A stretch of DNA of 34,174 nt from Patescibacteria group bacterium (lineage in GTDB: Bacteria > Patescibacteriota > Microgenomatia > Levybacterales > UBA12049): assembly GCA_038062315.1 (NCBI GenBank), contig JBBTXK010000066.1, positions 1 through 34,174 on the forward strand, written 5' to 3'. The notes below the pieces were generated by a model. That model had not been told where the DNA came from. It did not search any database and saw only the letters and a program-made list of their open reading frames with translations. The translations under genes were made by a program, and so were the position numbers. This document shows positions 17,243-25,723 of the stretch, in pieces (position 1 is the first letter of the stretch; every line of letters starts with the position of its first letter).

Positions 17243-18670
17243 ATGAAAAGAAGAATATTAAGTCAGGAGTTTTTTATTTTAGTTTTTATGATTACTTCTA
17301 TTGCCTTTTTACTTTTTTGGGATTTGGGAACAAATTATTTAAACAATTGGGACGAAGCATGGTATGCAGATATCTCCCGCACTATGGCAAAAACAGGTAA
17401 CTTTCTAACCCCTTTCTGGAACAGAGAACCCTTTTTCGAAAAACCACCCTTGTATTTTTGGTCTTCGGTATTGTTCTTTAAGCTATTTAGTATTTCGGAA
17501 TTTTCTGTTCGGCTTACCTCTGCTATTGCCGCTTTTGGCATAGCGTTTGTGACTTATTTTTTAGCTTCGGAGTTTCTTACGAAGAAAACGGGATTAGTGT
17601 CATTAGTTATTTTATTTTCTTCTATTGAATTTTTATACAGAAGTAGAACCGGTAACCTAGATACTCTTTTGACTTTCTTTATGACATCTTCTATTTTTTT
17701 CTTTTTTAAGGCAATAAATACCAACAAAAGATGGTTTAGCGCATTGGGTGTATCTTTGGGTTTGGGATTTCTCGCCAAAGGATTTATAGGCTTTTATCCC
17801 TTGGTGATTATCTTATTATTCTTATGGCTTAATAAGAAATTAGACATACTTTATGATAAACGGTTTCTGCTTGGTATTTTAGTTGCCGTTATTATAGCAG
17901 GAGGATGGCTTTTGTTATATTTTTTGGCAAATGGAGAACCATTTATCAATCAGTTTTTGCTGGCCAATACCGAGAAGTTTGGTTTTAACTCAAATCTATT
18001 GAATAATTTTTCAATAGATTACTTAGGTTATTTAAAAAGCGGTTTGAAAATTTGGTTTCTTTTTGCAGTTTTTAGTTTTGTATACTTATTTACAAAGATA
18101 AAAAATCAAGCAGTATTTTTTCTTTTGATGTATGTTGCGGTTTTTTTGCTTGTTGTGAGTTTTTCTCATGAAAAAAGCAATTGGTTTATTTTACCTTTGT
18201 ATCCTATTCTTTCCCTGACAACAGCTTATGGAATATTATCATTTGCGAAATTCAAAATAAAAAGACTTAAGGCGCTGCTTTTTATTTTTCTCTTTATTAT
18301 TGCGTTATTCCAACTATTTGTATACAGGAAAAGCTATATTGTCCCAAATGTTTCCGCAGATGAGGCAAAGTCCGCTCTTTACGCTAAGAATTTAACAAAG
18401 GAAAATCAACCAATATATTTAACAAATTATTATTATCCAACCGCTGTTTATTATAGTGAGCGTAAAGTTTATGCACTTTATAGTGACCAGGAGAGTAACG
18501 CTTCATGGTGGATAAAATCTAAAAGCCATTGGCTGTATGTTTTTGGGAATAAAAATATAATTATAATCACGACAAAACAGGAGCTCGAAGAACTAAAAGA
18601 AAGATTCCCGCAATATAGAATAAATATATTATTTGTTTCTGGGGATAAAGTTGTCGCAAAAAAGGTATAA
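17243..18670 (+). CDS. ArnT-like GT-C glycosyltransferase (GT83/GT39 type, PMT_2)
   Basis: This is the most canonical member. It carries NNWDEAWYADISRTMAKTGNFLTPFWNREPFFEKPPLYFW, the typical ArnT/PMT_2 N-terminal signature, followed by multiple TM segments and a short soluble C-terminus. Confidence 0.8.
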   Translation: MKRRILSQEFFILVFMITSIAFLLFWDLGTNYLNNWDEAWYADISRTMAKTGNFLTPFWNREPFFEKPPLYFWSSVLFFKLFSISEFSVRLTSAIAAFGIAFVTYFLASEFLTKKTGLVSLVILFSSIEFLYRSRTGNLDTLLTFFMTSSIFFFFKAINTNKRWFSALGVSLGLGFLAKGFIGFYPLVIILLFLWLNKKLDILYDKRFLLGILVAVIIAGGWLLLYFLANGEPFINQFLLANTEKFGFNSNLLNNFSIDYLGYLKSGLKIWFLFAVFSFVYLFTKIKNQAVFFLLMYVAVFLLVVSFSHEKSNWFILPLYPILSLTTAYGILSFAKFKIKRLKALLFIFLFIIALFQLFVYRKSYIVPNVSADEAKSALYAKNLTKENQPIYLTNYYYPTAVYYSERKVYALYSDQESNASWWIKSKSHWLYVFGNKNIIIITTKQELEELKERFPQYRINILFVSGDKVVAKKV

Positions 18671-18680
18671 TTATAACTGT

Positions 18681-19472
18681 ATGCAGACTATTTCGGTGGT
18701 TTTGGCAACGTATAACGAGGAGAAGAATTTGCCATTGTGTTTGAATTCGGTTAGGGATTTGGCAGATGAAATAATAATTGTTGATGGGTCATCGACAGAT
18801 AAAACTGTTGAGATTGCAACAAAGCATGGGGCAAAGGTCAAAGTTGCTGATAATCCTCCGATATTTCACATTAACAAACAAAAGGCCATAGATATGGCAA
18901 CAAAAGATTGGATATTGCAATTAGATGCTGACGAACGCATTACGCCAGAGCTCTCGGAAGAAATAAAAAAAATAATTGGAAATTGGAAATTGGAAATTGG
19001 AAATTCCGACGTAGTCGGCTATTGGGTTCCGAGGAAGAATTGGTTTTTAGGAAGATTTTTAATGAAGGGCGGGCAGTATCCAGATTACACTCTGCGGCTT
19101 TACAAAAGAGGCAAGGGAGGACTTCCTCAGAAAAGTGTTCATGAGCAAGCAGTGGTGAGAGGAAAAGTTGGTTATCTTAAAAATCCCTTGCTTCACTACC
19201 CTTATCAAAACTTCTGGGGATATCTTATTAAATGGAATCGATATAATGGTTTGCTCGCATATGAAATAAAAGAAAAGATGAAAGATAAAAATACCGCTTC
19301 GAAAATTTTATACTCAATGGGATATCTTTTGATAAAACCCTTGCATTGGTTTTTGATAACCTACATTAGGCACAAAGGCTTTTTGGACTCCTGGCAGGGA
19401 TTTTTGTTTTCAGTGTTTTCTGCTTTAAGGTTCCCTGTAGCGTATATAAAGTATTTAAGACTTAAGTCTTAA
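18681..19472 (+). CDS. GT2 family glycosyltransferase
   Basis: ATG 18681 (MQTISVVLATYNEEKNL) is preferred over the ORF-track start 18633, which overlaps the upstream gene. Motifs IIVDGSSTDKT, LQLDADE (DxD) and FLGRFLMKGGQYPDYTLRLYKRG. Contains the in-frame heptamer array at 18973-19005. Confidence 0.85.
   Translation: MQTISVVLATYNEEKNLPLCLNSVRDLADEIIIVDGSSTDKTVEIATKHGAKVKVADNPPIFHINKQKAIDMATKDWILQLDADERITPELSEEIKKIIGNWKLEIGNSDVVGYWVPRKNWFLGRFLMKGGQYPDYTLRLYKRGKGGLPQKSVHEQAVVRGKVGYLKNPLLHYPYQNFWGYLIKWNRYNGLLAYEIKEKMKDKNTASKILYSMGYLLIKPLHWFLITYIRHKGFLDSWQGFLFSVFSALRFPVAYIKYLRLKS
18973..19018 (+). repeat. in-frame mini-element E5: heptamer array (AAATTGG)4.7 plus a short hairpin
   Basis: TAATTGG AAATTGG AAATTGG AAATTGG AAATT at 18973-19005, then CCGAC-GTA-GTCGG at 19006-19018. 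The 35 nt 18973-19007 match 11024-11058 at 33/35 positions. Translated as IGNWKLEIGNSDVVG in the GT2 gene. Confidence 0.9.
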
Positions 19473-19493
19473 AAATTTAAAAGCTTATAAACT

Positions 19494-20492
19494 ATGAAAA
19501 TACTTGTTACCGGTGGGGCGGGGTATATTGGAAGTTTTATGACCAAGCGTCTTCTTGATGATGGGTATGATGTTGTAGTTTTTGACAGTTTAGAAAGAGG
19601 GTACAAAGAGGTGGTTGATCCGAGAGCAAACTTTGTTCAGGGAGATATTAAAAATAATGAGGGTCTTGAGAAACTATTTCGCAATGAAATAATTGACGTT
19701 GTAATGCACTTTGCGGGATACATATCTGTTGAGGAATCGACAAAAAATCCTATGAGATACTATCGGAATAATACTATTGGCTCAGCAAACCTTCTTAGAG
19801 CGATGGAGTTGGGAGATGCTAATAAAATAATTTTCTCCTCAAGTGCTGCTGTATATGGAAATCCGATTAAAATTCCAATTCCTGAAGATCACCCGAAAAA
19901 TCCTACTAGTCCTTATGGTAAAAGCAAGCTTGAAGTCGAAAAAATGCTTAAGTCTTTTCAAAAAGACAGGAAGCTAAGCTTTGTAAGTCTTCGCTATTTT
20001 AATGCCGCTGGAGCAGCTGTTGATGGTTCGATGGGGGAAGCCCATGTGCCAGAAACTCACATAATCCCTTTGGCAATTAAAGCAGCAATTGCAGGAGAGC
20101 AGTTTAGTTTGTATGGAAAAGACTATAATACTCCTGATAAAACATGTATTCGCGATTATATTCATGTCGCAGACCTTGTTGAAGCGCATGTTCTTGCCAT
20201 TGAGAAACTTAAAAACGATAGGAGTTTGCCTGTTCGTAGCCAGGGGTTTTTTTATAATGTTGGGACGGGAAAAGGTTGCTCAAATAAAGAGGTTATAGAA
20301 ATGGTAAAACGAGTTTCAGGGAAGGATTTGAAAGTTGAAGTTGAGAACAAAAGACCTGGAGACGCAGAGATTTTAATAGCTGATCCTGCAAAGATTCAGA
20401 AAGAGCTGGGATTTAAACCTCGATACTCGGATCTTGAGACTATTGTTAGAACTGCATTCAATTGGCACAAAAAAAACTCAAAATTGCAATGA
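19494..20492 (+). CDS. galE: UDP-glucose 4-epimerase
   Basis: MKILVTGGAGYIGS Rossmann motif, SSSAAVYG / YGKSK (S-Y-K triad), RYFNAAGA, CIRDYIHVADL, length 332 aa. Confidence 0.9.
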   Translation: MKILVTGGAGYIGSFMTKRLLDDGYDVVVFDSLERGYKEVVDPRANFVQGDIKNNEGLEKLFRNEIIDVVMHFAGYISVEESTKNPMRYYRNNTIGSANLLRAMELGDANKIIFSSSAAVYGNPIKIPIPEDHPKNPTSPYGKSKLEVEKMLKSFQKDRKLSFVSLRYFNAAGAAVDGSMGEAHVPETHIIPLAIKAAIAGEQFSLYGKDYNTPDKTCIRDYIHVADLVEAHVLAIEKLKNDRSLPVRSQGFFYNVGTGKGCSNKEVIEMVKRVSGKDLKVEVENKRPGDAEILIADPAKIQKELGFKPRYSDLETIVRTAFNWHKKNSKLQ

Positions 20493-21013
20493 AGTTCTGT
20501 TTATGGATGCTCTTTTTGATAAATTTCCTTTTTTTTAAGACTACTGCCTCTTTTGCAGAATCAGGTTATGTTCTGCCGTACCCTCCGCAAATGCCTGGGA
20601 GTTTTATGTATAAATTGAGGCTCGCTTCAGAGGAGATACAAAAGTACTGGTATTTTGGTGATTTTGGGCAGTTTACATATAGTCTCAAACAGGCAGATAA
20701 GTATTTGGTAGAAGCAAAAACGCTTTTTGAGTATAAGCAATATTTACTTGGGATTCAAGCATTAAAAAAATCAGATACATATTTTACTAATACTTTTTCC
20801 TGGATGATAAAAGCGAAGAAAAAGCATAAAGATATTGTTCAGAAACAAAAAGTACTCAAAAGCGCAACTTTGAAGCATATCGAACTTCTTAATCAATTAA
20901 AGCTGAATGTTCCCGAAACTTTTGTTTGGCGACCCGAAAAACTATCACCAACAGTTCTCAACCTTAAAAAAGCAATTGATGAATCAATTCCTGTAAGAAA
21001 CAAATATCTATGA
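20489..21013 (+). CDS. small exported or membrane-anchored helical protein (hypothetical; resembles DUF5667-type proteins)
   Basis: ATG 20489 forms an ATGA overlap with the galE stop; TTG 20462 of the ORF track lies inside galE. It has an N-terminal hydrophobic signal or anchor (MKFCLWMLFLINFLFF) followed by YVLPYPPQMPGSFMYKLRLASEEI and a helical remainder. The family assignment is from memory only. Confidence 0.55.
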   Translation: MKFCLWMLFLINFLFFKTTASFAESGYVLPYPPQMPGSFMYKLRLASEEIQKYWYFGDFGQFTYSLKQADKYLVEAKTLFEYKQYLLGIQALKKSDTYFTNTFSWMIKAKKKHKDIVQKQKVLKSATLKHIELLNQLKLNVPETFVWRPEKLSPTVLNLKKAIDESIPVRNKYL

Positions 21014-22146
21014 AAAAATTACTATTTCTTATTTATTCACTTTTTTTAGTATGCTTAACTTTTTTTTCTTATTTATTTGTTGACCAAAACCTTAGCTATC
21101 TTCACGGATTATATTCAGGTGCAGCTTCTAACTATAGGAGTCAAGTCACTTTTTTGTACATTTTAATTATTTTTTTATTTTTTACTTTTTATTTTTTACT
21201 TTTATGGTTGATAAAAAAAAGGCATCTAGTGGGTAAAGAAGTAGTTTCGTTGATTTTTATCACGGTGATTTTTACATTCTTTTCTTATCCCTCCATGCTT
21301 TCTTATGACATCTTCAATTACATAACAACCGCAAAAGTTCTATTTAATTATCATGAAAATCCGTACATTATTATGCCGATTGAATTTGTAAATGATCCAT
21401 ACCTTTTGTTTACTCATGCTGCTAACAAAATAGCGTTGTATGGTCCTTTTTGGACTCTTCTTTCAGGTATTCCATATTTGTTGGGTTTTGGGAATTTTTT
21501 GCTTGCTCTTTTTAATTTTAAGCTTATGACTGTTCTTTTTTATATTGGAGTAAACTATTTTGTTTGGAAGATTTCAAAGAATATGTTTTCTGTCGCGCTG
21601 TTTTCTCTGAATCCGCTGGTTGTCATAGAAACACTTGTTTCAGGACACAATGATATTGTGATGATGTTTTTTACAATTTCGTCTTTTTTCTTTTTAACAA
21701 AAAAAAAATTTCGTCTTTCGGTTATATTTTTTGTTATGTCTATTTTTATTAAATACACGACTATTGTTCTAATCCCAGTTTTTATTTATATCTTTTGGCA
21801 AACACTAAGAAAAAAAACAGTCGATTGGAAAAAAACTTTTTATCTTTCGTCACTTTTGATGCTTGCAGCATTTTTTCTTTCTTCCATTCGAGAAGAAATT
21901 TATCCTTGGTATGCAATATGGTTTTTGGTGTTTGTAAACCTTATTCCTCAAAAGAGAATATTATTGTATCTCTCATTTGCTCTTTCTTTTGGTTTGCTCT
22001 TAAGGTACGTGCCCTTTATGTTGTTTGGTACTCATTTTGGCGTAACGCCCTTTGTAAAGACTGCTTTGACTTTTACTCCTACATTTTTTGTTTTAATATA
22101 CATATTCTTCAAAGATAAATTATGGTTAAAAATATTTTCCCGATAA
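21010..22146 (+). CDS. GT-C-like polytopic membrane protein, GT87/DUF2029-like (polyprenyl-phosphate-sugar dependent mannosyltransferase type)
   Basis: ATGA overlap with the upstream gene. Motifs SYDIFNYITTAKVLFNYHENPY, YGPFWTLLS and SGHNDIVMMFF, reminiscent of PimE/MptA-type GT-C enzymes; about 10 TM segments. Confidence 0.55.
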   Translation: MKKLLFLIYSLFLVCLTFFSYLFVDQNLSYLHGLYSGAASNYRSQVTFLYILIIFLFFTFYFLLLWLIKKRHLVGKEVVSLIFITVIFTFFSYPSMLSYDIFNYITTAKVLFNYHENPYIIMPIEFVNDPYLLFTHAANKIALYGPFWTLLSGIPYLLGFGNFLLALFNFKLMTVLFYIGVNYFVWKISKNMFSVALFSLNPLVVIETLVSGHNDIVMMFFTISSFFFLTKKKFRLSVIFFVMSIFIKYTTIVLIPVFIYIFWQTLRKKTVDWKKTFYLSSLLMLAAFFLSSIREEIYPWYAIWFLVFVNLIPQKRILLYLSFALSFGLLLRYVPFMLFGTHFGVTPFVKTALTFTPTFFVLIYIFFKDKLWLKIFSR

Positions 22147-23780
22147 TAATAGTTGGAGTGTTTGGTTTTATCGCTGGGTTAAGCCTTCTCCATAAAGGAT
22201 TGCCTCCAACTCATGATGGTGAGTATCATGTTGTAAGATTTTATGAATTCAACAAAGCTTTTTTAGATGGAAACTGGTATCCGCGATGGGCGCAAGATCT
22301 TAATAATGGATATGGGATTCCTCTTTTTAATTTTGTTTATCCTTTCCCAAACTACGTGGCAGTTATTTTTCATTCATTTGGAATAAGTTTTATTGATGCT
22401 TTTAAGTACGAAATGTTTATGGCCATAATGCTCGGCGGATTATTTTTCTATCTTTGGACTAAAGATTTTTGGGGGAAATTGGGGGCAATGGTATCTTCTG
22501 TTTTTTATACTTTTTCTCCTTATCATTTTTTAGATATTTATATTAGAGGATCAGTAGGAGAGGTATGGGCCCTAGCATTTTTTCCAGCATTTTTGTGGTC
22601 AATCACAGAGTTTATAAAATATCATCAGAGAACATTCCTTGTTCTTTCTTCGATTTCTCTAAGCCTTATTATTTTCTCTCATAATATTTTGGCGCTAATG
22701 TTCTTGCCTTTTTCTGTGACATACATTTATTTTTTAATTTATCATTCAAAAGATAAGAAGCAATTAATACTTAATACTTTTTACGTAATACTTCTAGGGT
22801 TTGGTTTGTCGGCGATTTTTTGGTTACCTGCTCTTTTGGAAAGACAATATGTAGCCGGGCTTCAGATATTTGACGTTTTAGCTCATTTTCCAGAATTTTA
22901 TGAGCTAATTGTTCCTTCTTGGGGTTCTGGGTTTTCGGCCGGAGGCCTACAGAATCAGCTCTCTTTTCAGATAGGAATTGCCAATTTGACTGCGGTATTT
23001 ATATCGCTACTCATTTTTTTATCTGGTAAGAAAAAGGATAAAAATCGTTTAATTTTGTTGTTTTTTCTTGTTTGGTTTGTCCTTATAGTTTTTTTGATGC
23101 TCAAAATTTCCAGTTCAATCTGGCAATACATTCCTTTCATGAACTATTTTCAATTTCCATGGCGGTTACTAAGTCTCGAAATACTTATCGCATCATTTCT
23201 GGCTGGAGGCGTTGTTTATCATTGGAAAAAAATACTGCTGGTGATATGTTTAATAACTTTTTCTTTTCTCTTGGGAATAGGATACACAAACCCTGCGTAT
23301 TATCATTATAGAAATGACAATTATTACTTAGCAAGAGCTAATTTTATTGATGGAACAAATAGTCCTGGAAATTCTTTTAATACGATCTGGATGAAAAGAA
23401 GTTTGGGGAGAGAAAAAGAGAAGATAAAATTTTTAAAGGGAGAAGGAGAAGTTAACGCATTATCAGCAATATCGACACACTATAAATTTAATGTTGTTGC
23501 ACGCAAACCTTCAGAAATGGTTGTCAATATTGCTTATTTTCCTGGATGGACAGTGTTTGTTGATAGACAAAAGAAAAAGATAAAATACAACAGCGACGGG
23601 CTGATTAATTTTTTGATTCCTGCAGGCAAACATTCAATAGATGTAATATTGTTAGACACGGATATTCGAAAATTGGCATCTCTTGTTACTATTATTTCAG
23701 CGTTATATAGCATTGTAGTTTTGACAAACCCCTTAATGGGTGTTTTATGGAGAAAATGGAGATCACAAAATAAGTATTAA
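22122..23780 (+). CDS. GT-C-like polytopic membrane protein, PTPS-related/YfhO-like (type-B paralog)
   Basis: Full-length paralog of 15585-17234 with THDGEYHVVRFYEF, YPRWAQDLNNGYGIPLFNFVYPFPNY, FQFPWRLLS and YFPGWTVFVD..AGKHSIDVIL. Overlaps the upstream gene by 25 nt. Confidence 0.7.
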   Translation: MVKNIFPIIIVGVFGFIAGLSLLHKGLPPTHDGEYHVVRFYEFNKAFLDGNWYPRWAQDLNNGYGIPLFNFVYPFPNYVAVIFHSFGISFIDAFKYEMFMAIMLGGLFFYLWTKDFWGKLGAMVSSVFYTFSPYHFLDIYIRGSVGEVWALAFFPAFLWSITEFIKYHQRTFLVLSSISLSLIIFSHNILALMFLPFSVTYIYFLIYHSKDKKQLILNTFYVILLGFGLSAIFWLPALLERQYVAGLQIFDVLAHFPEFYELIVPSWGSGFSAGGLQNQLSFQIGIANLTAVFISLLIFLSGKKKDKNRLILLFFLVWFVLIVFLMLKISSSIWQYIPFMNYFQFPWRLLSLEILIASFLAGGVVYHWKKILLVICLITFSFLLGIGYTNPAYYHYRNDNYYLARANFIDGTNSPGNSFNTIWMKRSLGREKEKIKFLKGEGEVNALSAISTHYKFNVVARKPSEMVVNIAYFPGWTVFVDRQKKKIKYNSDGLINFLIPAGKHSIDVILLDTDIRKLASLVTIISALYSIVVLTNPLMGVLWRKWRSQNKY

Positions 23781-23791
23781 ATTACAATTGA

Positions 23792-23800
23792 TGATATAAT
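23792..23800 (+). promoter_or_regulatory. candidate extended -10 promoter element (TGATATAAT) upstream of the GT4 gene
   Basis: TGATATAAT lies in the 35-bp gap, 15 nt before ATG 23816. The 11-mer GATGATATAAT is identical to 32832-32842. No convincing -35. Confidence 0.35.
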
Positions 23801-23815
23801 CAAACCTCTAAGAAT

Positions 23816-24886
23816 ATGAGAATTGCAATTGATGTTTCACCGTTAACAAGTAAGAAGTCTTTGCAGCATAGGGTAAGGGGAACAGGTTTTTATATAGAAT
23901 ATCTAAAGAAGCATCTAGTAAGTTATTATCCTAATAATCAGTATATTTTTTTTACTCGAGGAGAAAAAATACCCGAAAATGTTGACTTGGTACACTATCC
24001 TTATTTCGAGCCATTCTTTCTAACACTTCCTTTTGCCAGAAAATATAAGGCAGCGGTAACAGTTCATGATCTTACTCCTCTTGTATTTCCGAGGAATTTT
24101 CCATCAGGATTACGAGGAATAATAAAATGGAAAATTCAAAAATTTCTTTTAGAAAAAATAGATGCACTTATTGCCGATTCAGAGTCTTCAAAAAATGATA
24201 TATTGAAATTTACAAATATTCCTGAAAATAAAATTCATGTAGTTTATCTTGCGGCATCGCCTTCTTTCAAAAAGATAAATACCTCAGCACTTCAAAGCAT
24301 TAAGCAGAAATATAAATTGCCTGATAAATTTGTTCTCTATGTTGGTGATGTAACGTGGAATAAAAATCTGCCAAGACTTGTTGAGGCTATTAAAAAAATT
24401 AACTTAACAATGGTAATGATTGGAGCGGCTTTAGTTCGGAAGGATTTTGATTGGACTAATCCCTGGAATCAAGATTTGTTTAGCGTTATAAAATCAATAG
24501 GAAACGATAGGAGATTTATAAGGCATGGGTTTATTCCAGCAAAAGATTTGGTCGTTATTTATAACCTAGCAACAGTTTTTGCGATGCCCTCTCTTTATGA
24601 GGGATTTGGTTTACCAATTTTAGAAGCAATGTCTTGCGGATGTCCTGTCGTCGCGTCTAAGAACGGATCAATTCCTGAAGTGGCAGGAGGCGGAGTATAT
24701 TATGTTGATCCGTATGATATTAACGAACTTGCAAACGGCATTGGTGAGGTTTATTTTAATCAAAAACTGCGAAAGGAACTTGCTTTGAAAGGTCTTGCTC
24801 AAGCCAAAAAGTTTTCATGGGAAAAAACAACAAAAAAAACCATAGATGTCTACCGATCAGTAGTAAATCATTCTAGCATTAGTTAG
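23816..24886 (+). CDS. GT4 family (GT-B fold) glycosyltransferase
   Basis: MRIAIDVSPL, VHDLTPLVFP, FVLYVGDVTWNKN, MPSLYEGFGLPILEAMSCGCPVVASKNGSIPEV (EX7E region). Confidence 0.85.
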   Translation: MRIAIDVSPLTSKKSLQHRVRGTGFYIEYLKKHLVSYYPNNQYIFFTRGEKIPENVDLVHYPYFEPFFLTLPFARKYKAAVTVHDLTPLVFPRNFPSGLRGIIKWKIQKFLLEKIDALIADSESSKNDILKFTNIPENKIHVVYLAASPSFKKINTSALQSIKQKYKLPDKFVLYVGDVTWNKNLPRLVEAIKKINLTMVMIGAALVRKDFDWTNPWNQDLFSVIKSIGNDRRFIRHGFIPAKDLVVIYNLATVFAMPSLYEGFGLPILEAMSCGCPVVASKNGSIPEVAGGGVYYVDPYDINELANGIGEVYFNQKLRKELALKGLAQAKKFSWEKTTKKTIDVYRSVVNHSSIS

Positions 24887-24924
24887 CAATATTTGGTAAC
24901 ATTGTTTTGATGTTGGAATTTTAA

Positions 24925-24953
24925 TTGAACATTGCATGATTTTTTTGTATCTT
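24925..24953 (+). promoter_or_regulatory. candidate sigma70-type promoter (TTGAAC-17 nt-TATCTT) upstream of the GT2 gene
   Basis: Located in the largest + strand gap (72 bp). The -10 ends 5 nt before ATG 24959, which would imply a leaderless or near-leaderless mRNA. Confidence 0.3.
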
Positions 24954-24958
24954 CGTAA

Positions 24959-25723
24959 ATGCAAAACATAAACTTATTATCCCTTGTTGTTCCAGCCTAC
25001 AAGCAAGAAAGGACGATCTTAAAAAATATAGAAAGCCTTGACAAAGTTTTGTCTGAAACTCCTTATAAGTATGAGATAATTGTTGTTGTTGATGGGTTTA
25101 TGGATAACACTTTCGAAAATGCGAAAAGAATTAATAAAAAAAATATTAAAGTTCTGGGGTATGAAAAAAATCAGGGAAAAGGACACGCTGTAAGATACGG
25201 CATGCTAAGAGCAAAAGGAGATGTTATCGGATTTATGGATTCAGGAATGGATATAAATGCGACAGGAATTTCTATTCTCTTAGATTATATGTTATGGCAG
25301 GATGCGGATATCATGATTGGGAGCAAGCTGCATCCCGAATCAAAGGTAAATTATCCAATATTTAGGAAAGTATTGTCTTGGGGCTACAGAACCTTGACTC
25401 ATTTATTTTTTGGGTTTAAGGTTCGCGATACTCAGGTAGGTTTAAAATTTTTCAAAAGAGATGTAGTTGAGAAAATATTCCCAATGCTTTTAGTTAAAGC
25501 TTTCGCTTTTGATGTGGAGGTTTTGGCTGTTTCAAGCGCTTACGGGTATAAAAAAATTTATGAAGGACCTGTACAGCTCAATTTCAATAAGATTAGCAGC
25601 ATTACGACTAAAAATTTTTGGGTAATAGTATTTCTTATGCTTTGGGATACATTGGCAATTTTTTACAGATTAAAAATTCTCAGGTTTTATAAGATAAAAG
25701 ATATGAGAAATGTTAGAAAATGA
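24959..25723 (+). CDS. GT2 family, polyprenyl-phosphate glycosyltransferase type (Dpm1/GtrB-like)
   Basis: LSLVVPAYKQE, YEIIVVVDGFMDNT, NQGKGHAVRYGMLRAKGDVIGFMDSGMD and RDTQVGLKFFKR (equivalent to the D-x-Q-x-GFK motif of this subgroup). Confidence 0.75.
   Translation: MQNINLLSLVVPAYKQERTILKNIESLDKVLSETPYKYEIIVVVDGFMDNTFENAKRINKKNIKVLGYEKNQGKGHAVRYGMLRAKGDVIGFMDSGMDINATGISILLDYMLWQDADIMIGSKLHPESKVNYPIFRKVLSWGYRTLTHLFFGFKVRDTQVGLKFFKRDVVEKIFPMLLVKAFAFDVEVLAVSSAYGYKKIYEGPVQLNFNKISSITTKNFWVIVFLMLWDTLAIFYRLKILRFYKIKDMRNVRK

Noticed and set aside
24125-24145. Heptamer-like run AAATGGA AAATTCA AAAATTT (KWKIQKF) in the first GT4 gene.
   Set aside because: The units are degenerate and there is no hairpin. 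The spacing between the HDL motif and the downstream acidic motif looks normal for GT4 enzymes, so this is probably native coding sequence.
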